Counted from the stretch's first letter, positions 1 to 14,143 are shown. The stretch: 64,000 nt of DNA from Eledone cirrhosa (GCA_964016885.1 OZ024743.1:195300001-195364000), one strand, 5' to 3'. Numbers and translations: made by a program. The notes: generated by a model not told the origin, from the sequence alone.

Positions 1-147
1 TTTTAAATGTTGTCTTCATTGGGAGATTTTAAGTTTGTTCCTACAAGTTTCTCTGATTTAAGACAGTAGAAAAATGTCAGTGAATTGTTTGCAACAGACA
101 TAACAATGCTTTTATGCTACGTTTGAGTGTGTATATTAATGCACACG

Positions 148-291
<144 letters not shown>

Positions 292-1568
292 AATTTTAAT
301 CCGATTGTATGAGATGGAAGAATTTCTACACACACAGTGCGGGATGGATGTGTAGTTCTTTGGGAAATGTATATAGTGTATCATACAGCGTTGTCCGGAC
401 TTTTGATATAACCGAATTATACTCATTATTCATAGCAAACTTGACAATAAACCTAATTATCCTTGTTTGAATAATACTGAGTTAAACTATTTATTTTCTC
501 TTCTAGGTCTATAGGTATATTTTCGAAGTATGGGTATTTTATATATTTAATTCTATGTACTTTTTTTACTTTCAAATGATTTCTGACATTCAGCAAAATA
601 TATAGCAAATGACTTCTTTTTTTATCACTGAAAAAAAAAAAAATCGATATATCCGCTAAGTTCTTCTAAGGTCTGGTAAGTACGGGTATGACTATGTTTA
701 CTTTTTTTTTTTTTTTGAGATTCTAACATATGAGAAGCTGTCAATATACTTAACAAAAATAAAACTCGCTCGCTACTGCAAATATCCATTAAATTCCTCA
801 CCAATTTGGATTTTGGGGTTTTCTTTGGGTTTCTTTAGAAGAGTTTCCATAAACATATCATAAACGTTAACCATATGTTTTACTTGTGTTAGTCTTTACT
901 TAAATATAAATTATACCTGGGAAATTTATTCATGTCATTTAGAATTATTCCTTTGACATTGCATTTAACGTTTTGTCTGTAAAGTACAAAAACGTATCTC
1001 AAATTTAAATTTTCCATTTGAATAGAAATATTCAACAACTTACTCAACAACATTAACATCCATTCCTCTCAGGTATTCTGTAGAAATCTGATCCACAGAA
1101 ACATTTGTTTAATCTCAATCACTTTCATATTACAGTTCCTAAAAATCGACCGGATTAGTTTCCAGTCTACTTTTGTAAACTGATGTAAGGAGCATGCACG
1201 ACTTTAGGTAATATTACTTCACTTTAGATCTCATTTATTCTGCATGATTTATTTGAAACCATGCAGCGTAGACAGCTTTCAAACAAACATTGACCTCACT
1301 GAAAGTCCTCGAAACCTTACAATTCTCTACAGGAGTTATTTTAGTGTGAATAAGAGAACTATATTTGCTGATAAGATATTTCAAATAAAATATTTATACA
1401 TCACTTCTCTATATATTTATTATTTTTCTTACAAACAAATTACGTTTCTTACGAATGAATTAAAAAAAAAACAAAAAAAAACACAATTTCACAACTTATT
1501 TTAGGCAAGTGCCTAAATACACAGATAAACATACACAGACATGCATATATGGAAATATAGCTCTCTAT

Positions 1569-1606
<38 letters not shown>

Positions 1607-1673
1607 TAGGACACTTGTGGGTTATATGCGCAATAGTATAGCACTCAGTCCATGGGACGAGTTTCGTAGAAGT

Positions 1674-1709
<36 letters not shown>

Positions 1710-1981
1710 ACTAGAAATTGATTAACATATAAATAAACATGAATAATCACAGGAGATAATTTTTACAAGTGTGTAAGCACACATAGCTAGGTCGGTAACT
1801 AAATGATATGGCGCATGTCTTTCTGGCATGACACCCATAATTTTGATTTAGATTAAATTCATTTTGATTTATCTTAATTTTGGATATATATATATATATA
1901 TATAACGAAGGAGATGTGGTAAGGAACCAGATGGACCATAACGCACCAAAATACTCAATACTTAGGGTAGTAGAGTGGGTA

Positions 1982-2093
1982 ATAGGAACGAGTAGGACCC
2001 TGACGGCTGAGCTCAAGCCGTCTCGACGGCGTTTCAGCATCCAGAATTAGCCGTTGAAACGGCTTGAGCTCAGCCGTCGGGGTCCTCCTCGTT

Positions 2094-2097
<4 letters not shown>
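1982..2097. repeat. Inverted repeat, probably a Penelope-type pLTR remnant carrying the 3' half of a hammerhead
   Basis: ~40-bp arms ATAGGAACGAGTAGGACCCTGACGGCTGAGCTCAAGCCGT and its reverse complement. The right arm reads GAAACGGCT-TGAGCTC-AGCCGTC (GAAA + stem III + GUC). Lies between (TA)n tracts. Confidence 0.5.
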
Positions 2098-2160
<63 letters not shown>

Positions 2161-2199
2161 TTATGTGCGTGAGTCCCGGTTTCAATCGGGGGTAAACAG

Positions 2200-2700
2200 T
2201 TAGTAAGGTACTGATGATGAGTGCACTTGCATCAAAGTAGCCCAACGCCTTGGCCACCACGTGTGTGATCCTACATAAATGCCGCTGTGGGGCGGTTGTT
2301 GATAAGTTCGGCCTACACCCTGTCTTGCTGCCAGAGCGCAGGCCGGTTCCCCCGACACGCCACTCTCAACGACATACTGAAAAGGAGCCTGGACGCAACT
2401 GGCTTTCCATCTCAACTGGAACCAGCTGGCCTAGACCGTAGAGATGGCAAGAACCCCGACGGAATCACCCTCTTCCCATTCGAGGGAGCTAGATCCCTCA
2501 TCTGGGACGCCACCTTCTGCGACATGCTCTCCGCCTCCAATTTAGTCGCTTCGGCCACAAACCCCGGAATTGTGGCCCGCCTCGCAGAAGAACGAAAAAT
2601 AAACAAATACCGGGGAATGTCCGCCGCTTCCTCTTCGCACCGGTTGCCGGCGAGACCCCAGGTATACTTGTATCCCTTAAAGGAGCCCCGCGAGGTTGGG
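2200..2700 (+). mobile_element. CRE-like non-LTR retrotransposon 3' fragment (zinc knuckle + restriction-like endonuclease), frameshifted
   Basis: CRCGAVVDKFGLH in one frame continues as LSCCQSAGRFPRHATLNDILKRSL...LEPAGLDRRDGKNPDGITLFPF...LIWDAT, the RH...PD..D RLE pattern typical of CRE-clade elements. Confidence 0.75.
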
Positions 2701-3142
2701 TGGCTGTGGCAGCGGGTGTCCGCAGGAATGGTTTTACAGTCTTGTCCGCTGGACGCAGCCCTTCTTCCCAATGCCCTATGCCCAATCCTCATCCCCCTTC
2801 ACCCCTCCCCTCTGCGACACTAGATTTAATGCCATCTCCTCCCCTTCCCGTTCTTTTTTCTTTCTTTTTCTCTTTTTCTCTATATTTTCCTATTTTAGTT
2901 TCATTGTTTCCTTTTCTTTTTTTTATTATTGTTTTTATTATTATTATTGTACATAAAAATTAGCCATATAACCGAGTGTAAACATCATATTTAATATAAA
3001 AATAGCTTCTACTTGACTAGAACTGTCTCATTCAAAATAAATCATCAATACATATTCTTTCCTGATGATTTCTTTTGAATGAAATAGTTCTAGTTCTATA
3101 TAAGCCATTTCTATATTAAACATGATATATATATACATATAT

Positions 3143-3225
<83 letters not shown>

Positions 3226-4268
3226 CACATATATATATATAAATATATATGTATATATATGTATGTATGTATATGTGTGTATATGCGTGTATGTGTGTGT
3301 GTGCGTGTGTGTGTGTGTGTGCACGTATGGGTGCGTGTCTATGTATGAGTGTGTTTATGTATATTCGATGATGGAACATCACTGTTTAGTCTATTATATA
3401 TATTGGAACACTTTTATATTCAGTTGTGGGTTTTGTTGAATATTTAGCTATTATCCTTTGAGGAAAAAACAAAAAAAACAGTATGATTTCCATCACATGA
3501 TTTATCCCTGTCACCATGAATATTCCAGTGAATTAGGTTGAACAGGAGATGTGATGACATATATGCGAATTAAATATTGTTTTAATGTGTTGCATCTCTA
3601 GATAAATACATCATTTAATGGCCATAAACAAATGTCAAATTGTCATCTGAATCCCGTCTCTTCGACGTAGTCGCACGACAGTAATTTTCCAGTCCAAACA
3701 TTAAAATACCCTTCTTGTTTAACAAACTTGCATTATTTTCAAACGTCCAGGAAAGAAAACAACAATCTCAATTATTCATTGTAAAAACAAACACATCAAT
3801 TTAGTTTTTGATTTTTTTTTCCTGACGTCTATATATTATTTAAGTTTATATGAACATTCAGTTAGTAGTTCGTCTTATATTGTCTATATATATATTTATT
3901 TATTTGTCATCCCTTGAATAATTACAATGGATAATGTCTATGAGAAGGTAGCTTTATCCTATTTCTCACAGACTACATTATGTTAGCTATCTATTAATTT
4001 CTATTTGTCTGCTATATGTAAATCGTGCTGTGTCTTTTATAATTTCGTTTTAAAAGCCCATATTACAAAGGAAGATCATCTCCAATATCTTAAATTATAT
4101 TTTATTAAAACAATACATGTATTCACCGACACGCTCCTTATATAAATGTATACATTCTTATGAGCGTATATATGTGTCTGTTAAATCTACCACATCAACT
4201 GACATCTTTCGTACCTACGTATAAATATTTACTTACAAACATATATGTAAATACATATATACAACCAC

Positions 4269-4390
<122 letters not shown>

Positions 4391-4449
4391 TATATATATG
4401 TGTGTGCGTATATATATATATGTGCGTGTGTATATATATATATGTTATA

Positions 4450-4479
<30 letters not shown>

Positions 4480-4480
<1 letters not shown>

Positions 4481-5312
4481 TCATTTAAATTTATTAATTT
4501 ATTGATATTTTTTATCTGAGTGTCCCGAATCTTCTGTTATCGATTCTTTATCGTGCGGTTGATTTTAGACTTGTTCTATGTGTGACGGTATTTTAACGAT
4601 AGTTATAGCTCTGATTTATCTAAATTATTGAGCCCTCTGCCGCTCATTTCGAATTTTGTTTATCGTGAACTCGTGCGCCGATTTTTCGACACTCGATCAT
4701 TCTAATATTTTTAGCTCTGGACATAGCTATCCACCAGTTAATTTTATTGTTCATTTTTTGTCGATTCTATTGAGTGATGAATAGCTCCTGTTTTATTTTA
4801 ACATGTCTATTGAGCACTTTTATTCGATATGTGTATTTCCACATTTTTTCGAATAGTTTTCGCGGATGTAGAGGTTATCTCCCTTGCCGAATTCCATGTG
4901 CGTATTTTGCCTGTGTTTTAGCCATCTTATCCGTTCGGACGAAAGCTAGTTGAAGAAGTAAATTTCAAGTCCGCTGAATTCTAGAAGTCTTATATATTTA
5001 TATGTGAGCTGATGGAGTACAGTTTAAGGATTTACAGAAACCCAAGAAGCTAGATTTAACACCTTTCTAGTGGGTCCGGGTATGATTTTACATTCATTTA
5101 AATTTATTAATTTATTGATATTTTTTATCTGAGTTTCCCGATTCTTCTGTTATCGATTCTTTATCGTGCGGTTGATTTTAGACTTGTTCTATGTGTGACG
5201 GTATTTTAACGATAGTTATAGCTCTGATTTATCTAAATTATTGAGCCCTCTGCCGCTCATTTCGAATTTTGTTTATCGTGAACTCGTGCGCCGATTTTTC
5301 GATACTCGATCA

Positions 5313-5320
<8 letters not shown>
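4480..5320. mobile_element. Non-coding ~613-nt unit with ~228-bp terminal direct repeat, inserted in (TA)n (non-autonomous PLE/retrozyme-like)
   Basis: 4480-4708 recurs almost identically at 5093-5320, with (TA)n on both sides and no ORF. Only a degenerate hammerhead-like motif is present (CTGATGG...GAAACCCA...TGGGTC, ~5009-5076). Confidence 0.6.
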
Positions 5321-5360
<40 letters not shown>

Positions 5361-5366
<6 letters not shown>

Positions 5367-5549
5367 TAAACGGAATAGAAAATGCTGACAAATTGTTCAC
5401 AGTTGAAAAATGGTTTAATTAGGAATAAAAGAGTATTAGTGATTGTATGGGTTAGTATTCAGTTGTGGTTTTAAGTTTTTAAGTTTTTACCGGTTGCGCA
5501 TTTCTAAATGCTTTTCAAAAATAACTTTGAGATAGAGTGTCCGTGCTGA
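5361..5549 (-). mobile_element. 3'-tail fragment of the Neptune-like PLE found at 50.3-58.9 kb
   Basis: TATTGGTAAACGGAATAGAAAATGCTGAC...GTCCGTGCTG is near-identical to 55617-55803 and 50351-50538; flanked by (TA)n. Confidence 0.85.
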
Positions 5550-5571
5550 TGTGTATATATATATCTATAAA

Positions 5572-5647
<76 letters not shown>

Positions 5648-5755
5648 GAATATATATGCATGTATATACATATATATATATATATATATATACATATTTT
5701 ATAGATATATATATACACACCCAAACACACACATATATATAATATATATATATAT

Positions 5756-6487
5756 TTTTTTAATTGAGTTTGAATTATTTCCCACATATTACGTTCATTA
5801 TTTTCCATTTTGATGTAATAGTCACTTATATATTATGAAATACTGTTGGGTTCACGCTCACAATAATTTCTATACTTTCATTTATATTTATACTCGGAAT
5901 TTTTTCCTAGAGTGCTTAAAATTATTTGTGACTAATCCCGCGATAATATTGCTATTTTGCTGAACTCCTTACATTTGTAGAGTTTTTTTCGGAATGTTTT
6001 TTTACTGCTGTTTCCTGCAAACAGACATTCGTCTCATTCTGACGTCACAAGCAATGTCTCTCCATGTGCGTTTACTTTCATATTTACGCATGAGTTGAAC
6101 TAGCCTGCTTTTAAATTCCCTTTTTGGCATATTCTGGCAGTGACTTAGGGTTATCGTGTTGAGCTCTACTGATGAACGACTCCAACCGTGACCATCCCCC
6201 CTGAATGTTTCGTGAAATAGTATTTTTAAGACTATATAGAGCATTTGAAGTTTTTCCAAATTGAAGGATGAGTATTTAAACTTTATTTTCTTCAGAGTTA
6301 AGGCTCTATTGATTTTACCCTGGATTTCACAAAATTCTATGGATAAATCTATGTCTTGATTTTTTTGAATTGAGTTTGAATTATTTCCCACATCTTACGT
6401 TAATTATTTTCGATTTTGACGTTATATTCACTTATATATTATGAAATACTGTTGGCTTCACGCTCACAATACTTTCTATACTTTCAT

Positions 6488-6492
<5 letters not shown>
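5756..6492 (+). mobile_element. Retrozyme-like non-coding element: ~606-nt unit with ~125-bp terminal direct repeat and an internal hammerhead
   Basis: 5763-5886 recurs at 6369-6492. (TA)n flanks both sides; hammerhead at 6163-6242. Confidence 0.7.
6163..6242 (+). ncRNA. Type I hammerhead ribozyme
   Basis: Stem I GCTCTA/TAGAGC; core CTGATGA; stem II ACGA/TCGT; GAAA; stem III ATAGT/ACTAT; AUA cleavage triplet (cut predicted after 6236). All core positions are canonical. Confidence 0.85.
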
Positions 6493-6528
<36 letters not shown>

Positions 6529-9138
6529 TGGAAAATTAAATAAGGAATGCAATATAGAGTAAATAAAACGTATTGTTGCTGAATAACATAAAATCTAAGC
6601 AATCAATTAATGTTTCTATTCTCTAGTTTATTGTCTACACTAATCATATGATTAAGTAGTCTCTGATTGATAAAGTACTTCGTAACGGGGATATCTAAAT
6701 AGAACACTTAGGTTTCATTGCCGAAGTAGTATCAAATTCTTTATATTATATACTTTCGAAATGAAATCATATTTTAAAATGAACTCTTGATATAAACTTT
6801 ACATTCAAACATAAAATACATTTTAGATAACACTTTTCATATGAAGTAAGTGTGTACTTGCATGTTGTATCTTAATGCTTCTGATTTCGTTAAGTGTTCT
6901 CTATAATATTGTTATTTTATACTGTTCAATTAATGTTATATTTAATTTCAAATAAATCCAAAAGAATGCCTATTATTTAAAACATTTAAACAATGCTGGG
7001 AAATGTATTCAATAGAATGCTTTTTCATATGAATATATAAGATTTAAGTATATATTGTTGCGCAAATGTGAAGTTCTATTAAGATTATGTTGTGTATTGC
7101 ATAGGATTCTAGTTTATCCCACATTTGAGAAAGGTATATATGCCTGTTATAAATATATTTTCTCAATTCTTCAAGCTTATGCTTATTATCTTCTTTTATT
7201 ACAACGTCTTTCGCGATTCATGTCTTAAAAGAATCAATGTTTGTTAGATTCCAAATCCTATGATTAAATTATGCGGGTAGACATGCTTGGTAAAGTATAT
7301 GAAACTGTGGACGAAACATGCCAGGAAACTGGTGTTGCAGAGTGTTTTGCCCTATATTTTTGTCATCAGAGTTATACGATTAAAAATAAAATGTCTCTTG
7401 TTAAACAGTATATCATTGTTCAATTACTTCTTCACGTTTTCAATTCATAGTGATACGTGAGAAGAAATTGTTATTAATGTATAATATATATGAGGGAATT
7501 AGCGATTCCTTCTTTAGTTAGAATGTAACATCTAATGCAATATACCAAAAGTACAAATTGTTTTATCGAAATTTTAACTGGTCATTACATTTCTTCTATT
7601 TTGTATAGAATTTTAGCATTTTTGAAATTATTTGTTTTGTGATTCAGTTATTGATTTCTTTTCGTGTTGTTTCGTATTCTGATGTTCTAATTTTCCTGTC
7701 GTTATCTGCAGATCGGGTTATATATATTTTTTTATAAATTTTGTATCGTGTATTCCTCTGCTAACTATTCTCATCCAACATATCCTTATTCACCACCAAT
7801 AACACCTCCAACCTTCTATCCACGAACTTGTGGTAACAATGGAACAATCTTTACATCTCAATTATTTCAGTAGTTCAACATAATATTCTAACTTATTACG
7901 TTTTCCAAAGGCTTCCATCTACATAGTCTCCCATCGCATAAATTCTCTCCGTCTACTAATGAATAAAAACTAAAAGCAAACGATATTCAATAGCTAGCAT
8001 CACTTACATAACTGCTGGTAATCAAAGATTTATACCTTTTCAGAGTTCAGTCTATCGTATCCATTTATGAATAACAAATGTAAAATAAATCATTATCCGG
8101 TAGTAACTCAATACGAAAAATCAATGGCAAATGTATCATGTTGAAAAGGAAGTTGATGGATTTCACTTTAACGGGAATTATGTATAGGAGTTTCTATTTA
8201 AAGACAGCAGAATAAATATTAACAATTACGTGTAAGATATATGCAATATGCATGTGATGTTCTACGAAATTATTACCCTGAAATATGTGGTAATTGATAC
8301 TGATATATCTAATAAGTCATTTCCATTGTGCTAAAAGATAGTTATCTTCTCCTTTAATTTATGTTTCTTCTACATCATTCTCTTCGTGAATATATTTGTC
8401 ATGCTATTATATATATATTGATGAAAGGAAAATTGCTGTCAGTTCACTTTTGCTTTGTGATGAAAGAGTTTTACATAAATCGTTTTCCTATTCATATCCC
8501 TGTTAATGAAAAATAAGTAGCATTACAAGAATTGTAGACGTAAACTTATGACAAATTTACGTTAACGTTTCGAAAATATACAGAACTTCAAATCATTGGG
8601 CAGTAGAACAGTGTTGATTGACACTACAAGTTGCACTACTAGATTCTGTTGCTCATTGCATAAATATGTTTGGTTTCAGTCAATAATTCAAACAGTATTA
8701 TAGACCTGTTTCCCAATATAAATGATATATTTATCGCAGACTACCTCTTAATTAACCTTGTCCAATACCATTTACTACTGGTCAATTTTACGAAATCATT
8801 ATTGCTGGTTTCTACTAAATAATTCAAGGACTTCGTTGCAGGTAACTCATTTGTTGTGAAACCTTTTTCATATTAATAGAAAACGTGAAAGATTATTAAT
8901 CTGTATTACCCTGCAATGACCCATTCCCGAATTTTGTTTGTTTTAAACTTAGAATTAGATCGTCGAGAAACCACATTAATTGATAGTTTTGTGCGTTGGG
9001 TAGGGGAACTTTGAAAGGCAAAAAGTTAATTCGGTAAAAGAACGGACTTAAAGCAAAAGAAAATTAGATACTAGTTATAGAAAGATTAGGCACGCAGATT
9101 AATATAAAGCATTGTTACTTCTGGTATTATTATCCGTA

Positions 9139-9318
9139 GTCGACTACATCGTCCCCAGTGCGTTACAAGTACTTTAATGTATCAACTTCCTAAGGATCAA
9201 AACCCGAGGTTAGCTTTGCATTCATCCTTACGGAGTCGATAAAATAAAATACCAGTAACTGGGGTCGATGTAGCCGATTTCCCCTTCACTTCAAATTGCT
9301 GGCTTTGTGCCAAAACCA
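9139..9318 (+). mobile_element. Degenerate OK-like SINE body/tail with an inverted fragment on its left
   Basis: GAGGTTAGCTTTGCATTCATCCTTACGGAGTCGATAAAATAAAATACCAGT...GCTGGCTTTGTGCC matches 54350-54440. 9139-9160 is the reverse complement of CTGGGGTCGATGTAGCCGA. Confidence 0.65.
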
Positions 9319-9899
9319 AGGTAATGTCACTTCATGCGACGCTCTTGTGGCAAATGAAGAAAGGCATAATATATTGCATCTCTATATAATGTGTCTTATG
9401 TGAGTAATTAATGTTGTAATATTGGGCTTCGGTTATGTAAGAGTCTGTCTTGTGTAACTTAATCAAATGCTGATCGTTCAGTGTATCTGTTGTGTGTTTA
9501 TCGTATATGGCATGTTTTATGTATGGAGAATGTTTGTGTCGCACTGTTGAACTAGACGCAGCATTGCCAAATCGTTTAGAAGATCGCTTCACATTAACTA
9601 AATCCTAGGCCCATCACGTGGCATGTTGGAAATTGGTAAAACGGAAACTGCTGGGAAACTTGTCGGATAGATTATATGTGTAATTAAGGCTCAGCCGTCA
9701 CAAACCGTGTCATACTGTATCTTATCTGAGGTTTACGATAAGGGGACACATATTTGTGGAATGCTCAGCTACTAACACATTAATATCATGAGCAGCCATT
9801 TACTTTGAATCAACAAGTAGAACATTCATCCTCGGAACCGACCTGGGTCCATTCTTCCGAATTTTATGCTTATAACTAGCAAAACTATTGTAAGGCTGT

Positions 9900-10500
9900 G
9901 TATGATATGAGCTCTAGTATGTTTTTTATGTTGTCTTTCACTCTCTACTAGGGCTATATTTATTACTTTTGCTGATTTATTTACAAGCCCCCACATCCAA
10001 TATATTTCAAATTGAAGTATCTTGTATTTTTAAAGTTTATCCCCTTGCTTTCTGCCAGTGTTTTAGTCAGTTGGGGTTGCACTATCTCTCAGCAAGCATA
10101 TATATATAACTACTGTCCTTCATTATTAAAGCTGGAATGTTTGCCTTAATATGTCTCTTTGGATGATTGTGGTGTGGTCGTTCTCGATTACTGACCCAAC
10201 CATGTATTTTTATATATTCACAGTTGTCAAGAATTCAGTAGCCCCACTTTGTTTTGGTTGCATTTCTGCATTTGATGTTTTCGTGATTATATTATTGGAG
10301 ATGCTTGTAGCCGGGCATTGCTCTTGTACAGCTGGTATAATACATGCTTTTGCTTTTGAAAACTTTGTTAGCTTCCACTCTGGCCTACTTCCTGCCATAC
10401 TGCGCCTTGTGAGATATTGGCAATGAAGTGTGTTATCTCTTTTTTCTTTCATCAATATATCTGGGAAATCCATTTTGTTTTCTTAACAGCTTGCTATTTT
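9900..10500 (-). pseudogene. Old, heavily decayed R4/Dong-like 3' fragment
   Basis: Minus-strand remnants IIPAVQEQCPAT (cf. MLMAAQEQALKT), VIENDHTTI (cf. VMENNQVKV) and KYKILQFEIYWMWG (cf. RYQDLKWEVKRIW) occur in the expected order. Confidence 0.5.
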
Positions 10501-10877
10501 CTAAATCTTTATATCAGTATTGTTAAATTTCTTATTTGTATTTTATTTTTTCCGTATATACAAAGAGCATATTCTGCCATTATGTCATGTTTCCTTATTA
10601 CGTTTATCGGCTTCCATTTGGTTGCTTCTAAAGTATTTTTCAATCTTACTTCTGCTATTTTCTAATAGCTTTCAATTCATATTATATCCTTCTCTTTTTG
10701 TGAGAAAATAGGTATATTCTATCTAAACTAACTTTGAAAGTGTGGCTACGAAAGTCTGACAAAAGTTTCTTTATTTTTATTTCTAAGCTTTTCAATTCCC
10801 TTAAAATCCAGTTATTGTGTGGCACAAAAATCTATAACATGAATCTCTAGCGTATTTACACTTGCTATATAATTCCT

Positions 10878-11030
10878 AGGCAGCAAATTGGCAGAGTCGT
10901 TAGAACGTCGGATAGAATGTTATGTTATTTGTTTCGGCTCTCTGCTCATTGTGTTAAAATCCTGCCATGGTCAAATTTTGCCTTTCATTATTTCGAGGTC
11001 GATAAAAAAGTACCACTCTAGTACTGGGGT
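10878..11030 (+). mobile_element. tRNA-derived OK-like SINE (diverged)
   Basis: GGCAGCAAATTGGCAGAGTCGTTAG head (A-box-like), then a B-box-like segment and the TTTGCCTTTCAT...GGTCGATAAAAAGTACCA core shared with 54264-54455. Confidence 0.7.
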
Positions 11031-11449
11031 GGGTTCTTCCTCTATATAACTTTCCCAGTTCCTCCCTATCACTCTCTATCCTTCGCTGGAAGAAATCTGC
11101 TATATTCAGACCTGGATATGGGATGGGCCCCGCCGGGTTTAAAAATGACCTAGAAACACAGTATGTGAATACGGCGCCCCTACGGTTCCTTAGGAGTTAA
11201 GGGACTAAAAATATTATTTCTAACATAGTTATGTTCATAATTAGCCTCTCATGTTTGCACTCTCTCTTAGTGGTTCCTTTTATTTCTATGTGTAGGAAGT
11301 CATCAGTTTTAATAATCTTATTAAACGGCCCTGTTTAATGTTCTAATATCGGTATATATGAATAATTCAATACCAGTTCCAGTTATTTTGCCTAATCATA
11401 TCTTCTTCTTCTTCTTCTTCTTATTATTATTATTATTATTGTTGTTATT

Positions 11450-14143
11450 CCTTGAATCTCAGTCATTGATGTTGGTTAACTGGAAAGTCCGTTGGATTGA
11501 ATATCAAGCCACTACCTGCAGCCTCAGATATTCAGGACGTATCGGAGGGTTCTTGCTGTTCCAAGCAAGCATGCCTTTTGAAGCGTTCCAAAAAGCGTGA
11601 AGGGGCCGATTTTCTTTAACCATCCCTAGAAACTTTTGGAGATAGTCCCCAGTGCGCCTATGACAATCGGGATCACTTTGACTTCATGGCAGTTCCAAAT
11701 CCTTTTCACCTCCCACTTTAGGTCCTGGTATCGGTTAATCTTCTCCCTCTCCTTCTCTTGCACTCTCGTGTCAAACGGGCAGGCCACATCCACAATCAGA
11801 CACGATCTTTTTTCTTTGTCCACAACCACCAGGTCAGGTCTATTGTGTTCCAGTTTTTTGTCCGTCTGTATCCTAAAATCCCACAGCACCTTCACCTGAT
11901 TGTTCTCCATCACCGCCTCTGGCCTATGCTCATACCATTTCTCAGAATGTGGTAAATTGTTTACTTTGCACAGGTGCCAGTGGATCACCCTGCCCATCAC
12001 ATCGTGTCTCCAATCCTTATAGTGGGTCTGGGCTAGTTGTTTACACTCGGACACAATGTGAGCCACAGTCTCCTCTCTCTCTCCACAGATCCTGCACAGT
12101 GGGCTAGCCTCCTCCTTGTAGATATGGTGCTTCAACCACTTCGTTTTGAGGGCCTGCTCCTGCGCATCCATTAGCATTCCTTCTTTAGCCTTTTTGAGGT
12201 CTCCTCTTCTCAACCAGTTCCATGTCTGTGGATCTCTAAATTCAGTTTTCTCAAAGAAGGTACTATGAAGGGATTTTCCTTAAGGCTGCTCTTCCTCCTT
12301 GATGTTATTTCCTCCTTGGACATCCCCTGGCCTACTGTCCCCTCCTTCAGTACAGTTCTGAGCATTGGCTCCTTACTATAGGTCACGTATTTGTATAGGT
12401 TGTTTTTCTCCATCTGAACACAGTCCTCTATGCTGATAAGACCTCTTCCACCCTCAGATCTCCTTAGGTAGAGTCTATCGACATCACTCCTCTTGTGGAA
12501 CATGTTGTAGATAGTCAATAGCTTCCTAGTCTTCCTATCTATTTCTTTTTGTTCAGCAACATTCCATCTCAGAATTCCCGCACTGTACCTAATAATAGAC
12601 ACAGCTCGGGAATTTACTGCGCTTATGGCATTTCTGCTGTTCAGATGTGACTTCAATACGCTCCTTACTCTCCGAATGTATTCAGTTCTTCACAATTCCT
12701 TCATTTTTTTGTTCTTTATGCCATCAGCCTCCAGAACGCCCAAATACTTGTATCCTTCCCCAGAGTCAATTTCCTTTATCATCTCACCTGTTGGTATCTG
12801 GATCCCGTTACTTCTGCTCAACCTACCCCTCTTCATCACAACGACTCCACATTTACCAATACCAAACTGCATACATATATCACTGCTGAAAATACGGACA
12901 GTGTCAACAAGCACATCCAACTCCTTCTCACTTTTCCCGAAGAGCTTAAGATCGTCCATGAAGAGGAGGTGATTGATGGTAAGCTCTCCCCTTCCCAACT
13001 TGTATCCTGCTCTCACTTTTCGCAGCATAATGGTCAAGGGCATCAGGGCAAGGACAAACAACAGAGGGGACAGGCTATCTCCCTGGAAGATACCTCTCTT
13101 GATCTTCACGCTTCCCAAGGATACTCCAGTTGATGTCAACTCTGTCTCCCAGGACCCCATACTCCTGCCTAGCAACTGTCTGATGTTATCTGCCACCCTG
13201 AAGATCTCCAGGCTTTTGGTGATCCAGGAATGAGGCACCATGTCAAATGCCTTTCTGTAGTCTATCCATCCCATGGCAAGATCAGTGTGTCTCCTCCTGC
13301 AATTCCCAATTACCATCTTATCAATAAGTAACTGGTCCTTTGTACCACGTGACTTCTTTCGGCATCCTATCTGTTCGTTCGGTAACAAGTTGTTTGTGTG
13401 GAGGTGATGGTAGATTTCCTCAGACACAATGCTCGTCAACAGTTTCCACATTACGGACAGACATGTGATAGGTCTATAGTTGGTAACATCAATACTCTTG
13501 ATTCGGTCTTTCATTATCAGAACTGTGGTACCTTTTGTCAACCACTCTGGCACCTCACCCGACACCAAGCAGTCATTGAACATGGCCGTCAGCTTCGGGT
13601 GGAGGGATGTTAAATGTTTAATCCAATACCCCTGCACACCATCTGGGCCTGGTGATTTCCAGTTGGTTAGTTTTTTGGCCTGCCCCTTAAGAGTTTCAAC
13701 TGTGATACTCAAATCAGTTTGTTGTTGTGCCTGCTCACCGATCTCCCTCTGTACTGTCTCAATCCACCCTGCCTGGGCATTGTGTCTAACATCCTGCTCC
13801 CATATTCCTCTCCAGAATGTTTTAGTTTGCTCCGCCCCAGGGATCAAGTCGTTGCCTCTTTCTTTCCCCTCAAGCTGTCCAAACAGCATCTTCTGGTTGT
13901 TGTCGAACATGAGGTTCTGTTTATACTGACTGACTCTGTTCTCGTATCGCCTGATTTTTGCACTCTTTGCTACAATGCGTTGCTTCAGTTCCTCTATGAT
14001 AATATTTAGCTTTTTCCTCCTAGTGTTGTATTTTATTTCCAGTCTATTTTCAGTGCCTATGTTTTTTAATGTCCCATTCAGTAGTGACTCAAGCTTTCCT
14101 ATGTCATTTCTCATTTCCCCGATTTGCCCACTCAGTCGCTTCT
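11450..14143 (-). mobile_element. R4/Dong-like family A copy A1, 5'-truncated, disrupted
   Basis: RT (GIFQGDSLSP, LFMDDLKL), CRICGEREETVAHIVSEC knuckle and RPDL..D RLE motif. Stops at 11626 and 12690 plus a frameshift near 12277. (TAA)n tail. Confidence 0.95.

Noticed and set aside
1603-1676. Short unique island between (TA)n tracts with minus-strand GAAACTCGTC
   Set aside because: May be a pLTR/hammerhead scrap but is too short to assign.
4945-5080. Possible hammerhead in the 613-nt unit
   Set aside because: Stem III (ACCCA/TGGGT-C) is present, but no core gives a consistent stem I and II; not called as a ribozyme.
6500-9100. AT-rich unique sequence as a possible host exon region (also 48.7-50.2 kb and 52.8-55.4 kb)
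   Set aside because: No credible ORF or recognisable motif; small exons cannot be excluded without transcript data.
9590-9850. Segment reminiscent of another cephalopod SINE
   Set aside because: Too decayed, with no second copy in the window to support boundaries.
11030-11210. GC-richer segment after the SINE, possibly a LINE/SINE 3' end
   Set aside because: No second copy or diagnostic motif.
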